From NCBI GenBank assembly GCA_016205145.1, contig JACQJH010000002.1, positions 60,001 through 92,000 of the forward strand: DNA of 32,000 bases. Reading direction: 5' to 3'. The stretch comes from Candidatus Iainarchaeum sp. GTDB lineage: Archaea > Iainarchaeota > Iainarchaeia > Iainarchaeales > JACQJH01. The notes beneath the pieces are model-generated. The model made no database searches. It worked only from the letters and a program-made list of their open reading frames with translations, and was not told the DNA's origin. A program made the translations under genes and the position numbers. Positions 31,815-32,000 of the stretch are shown in pieces. Position 1 is the first letter of the stretch, and every line of letters starts with the position of its first letter.

Positions 31815-31859
31815 TTTAACCTTACACTTTTTAAATATAAGCAAAAACGTAAGGTTAAA
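31815..31859 (-). promoter_or_regulatory. fic promoter: TATA box bracketed by a perfect 11-bp inverted repeat (candidate operator)
   Basis: TTTAACCTTAC (31815-31825) and GTAAGGTTAAA (31849-31859) flank the TATA-like TTTTTAAATATAA. The minus-strand TATA lies about 30 nt upstream of ATG 31804. Confidence 0.5.
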
Positions 31860-31879
31860 TCTGCTCTGCCAAGGCCCTT

Positions 31880-32000
<121 letters not shown>

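Overview
Archaeal chromosomal segment, roughly 50-55% GC by eye, densely packed on both strands. Archaeal hallmarks are ribosomal protein L40e, FEN-1, aMBF1, a UbiA-type DGGGP synthase, a geranylgeranyl reductase, FtsZ and two tRNAs with bulge-helix-bulge introns. I support about 40 protein genes and 4 tRNAs: Glu-UUC, Asn-GUU, Ser-GCU with a ~143-nt intron, and Leu-CAA with a ~66-nt intron.

Content is mostly housekeeping and metabolism:
- Thiamine genes are scattered: thiD, thi4, thiE and a thiamine pyrophosphokinase.
- Others are enolase, glpX next to a DhnA-type aldolase, ribBA, partial purF, a site-2 protease, and ZIP, VIT and CitMHS-like transporters.
- Accessory genes are a VapBC pair, a Fic protein and a membrane-anchored Mrr-like protein.
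- Many genes appear leaderless, with a TATA box about 25-30 nt upstream of the start. Others have GGTG/GGAGG Shine-Dalgarno sites and stop/start overlaps.

The most interesting signal is non-coding. A modular two-hairpin element occurs four times (674-736, 2697-2767, 26744-26897, 28342-28366). Three copies directly follow tRNA genes. Seven compensatory base-pair changes between copies preserve both stems. One 25-nt block is identical in inverted orientation 27.6 kb apart.

Related observations:
- The tRNA-Ser locus is unusually elaborate: a ~100-nt GC-rich leader, a 143-nt four-hairpin intron and a 154-nt trailer.
- The Ser and Leu introns share a hairpin design.
- A ~690-bp A-tract-rich non-coding gap lies between ftsZ and tRNA-Asn.
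- A hairpin-rich ncRNA candidate lies upstream of fen.
- A tightly overlapped operon encodes a transporter, an ATP-cone protein, a GIY-YIG nuclease and a GTPase-degenerate EF-Tu-like protein.

All protein calls rest on my own motif recognition in the translations. No database search was possible, and many start codons are uncertain.
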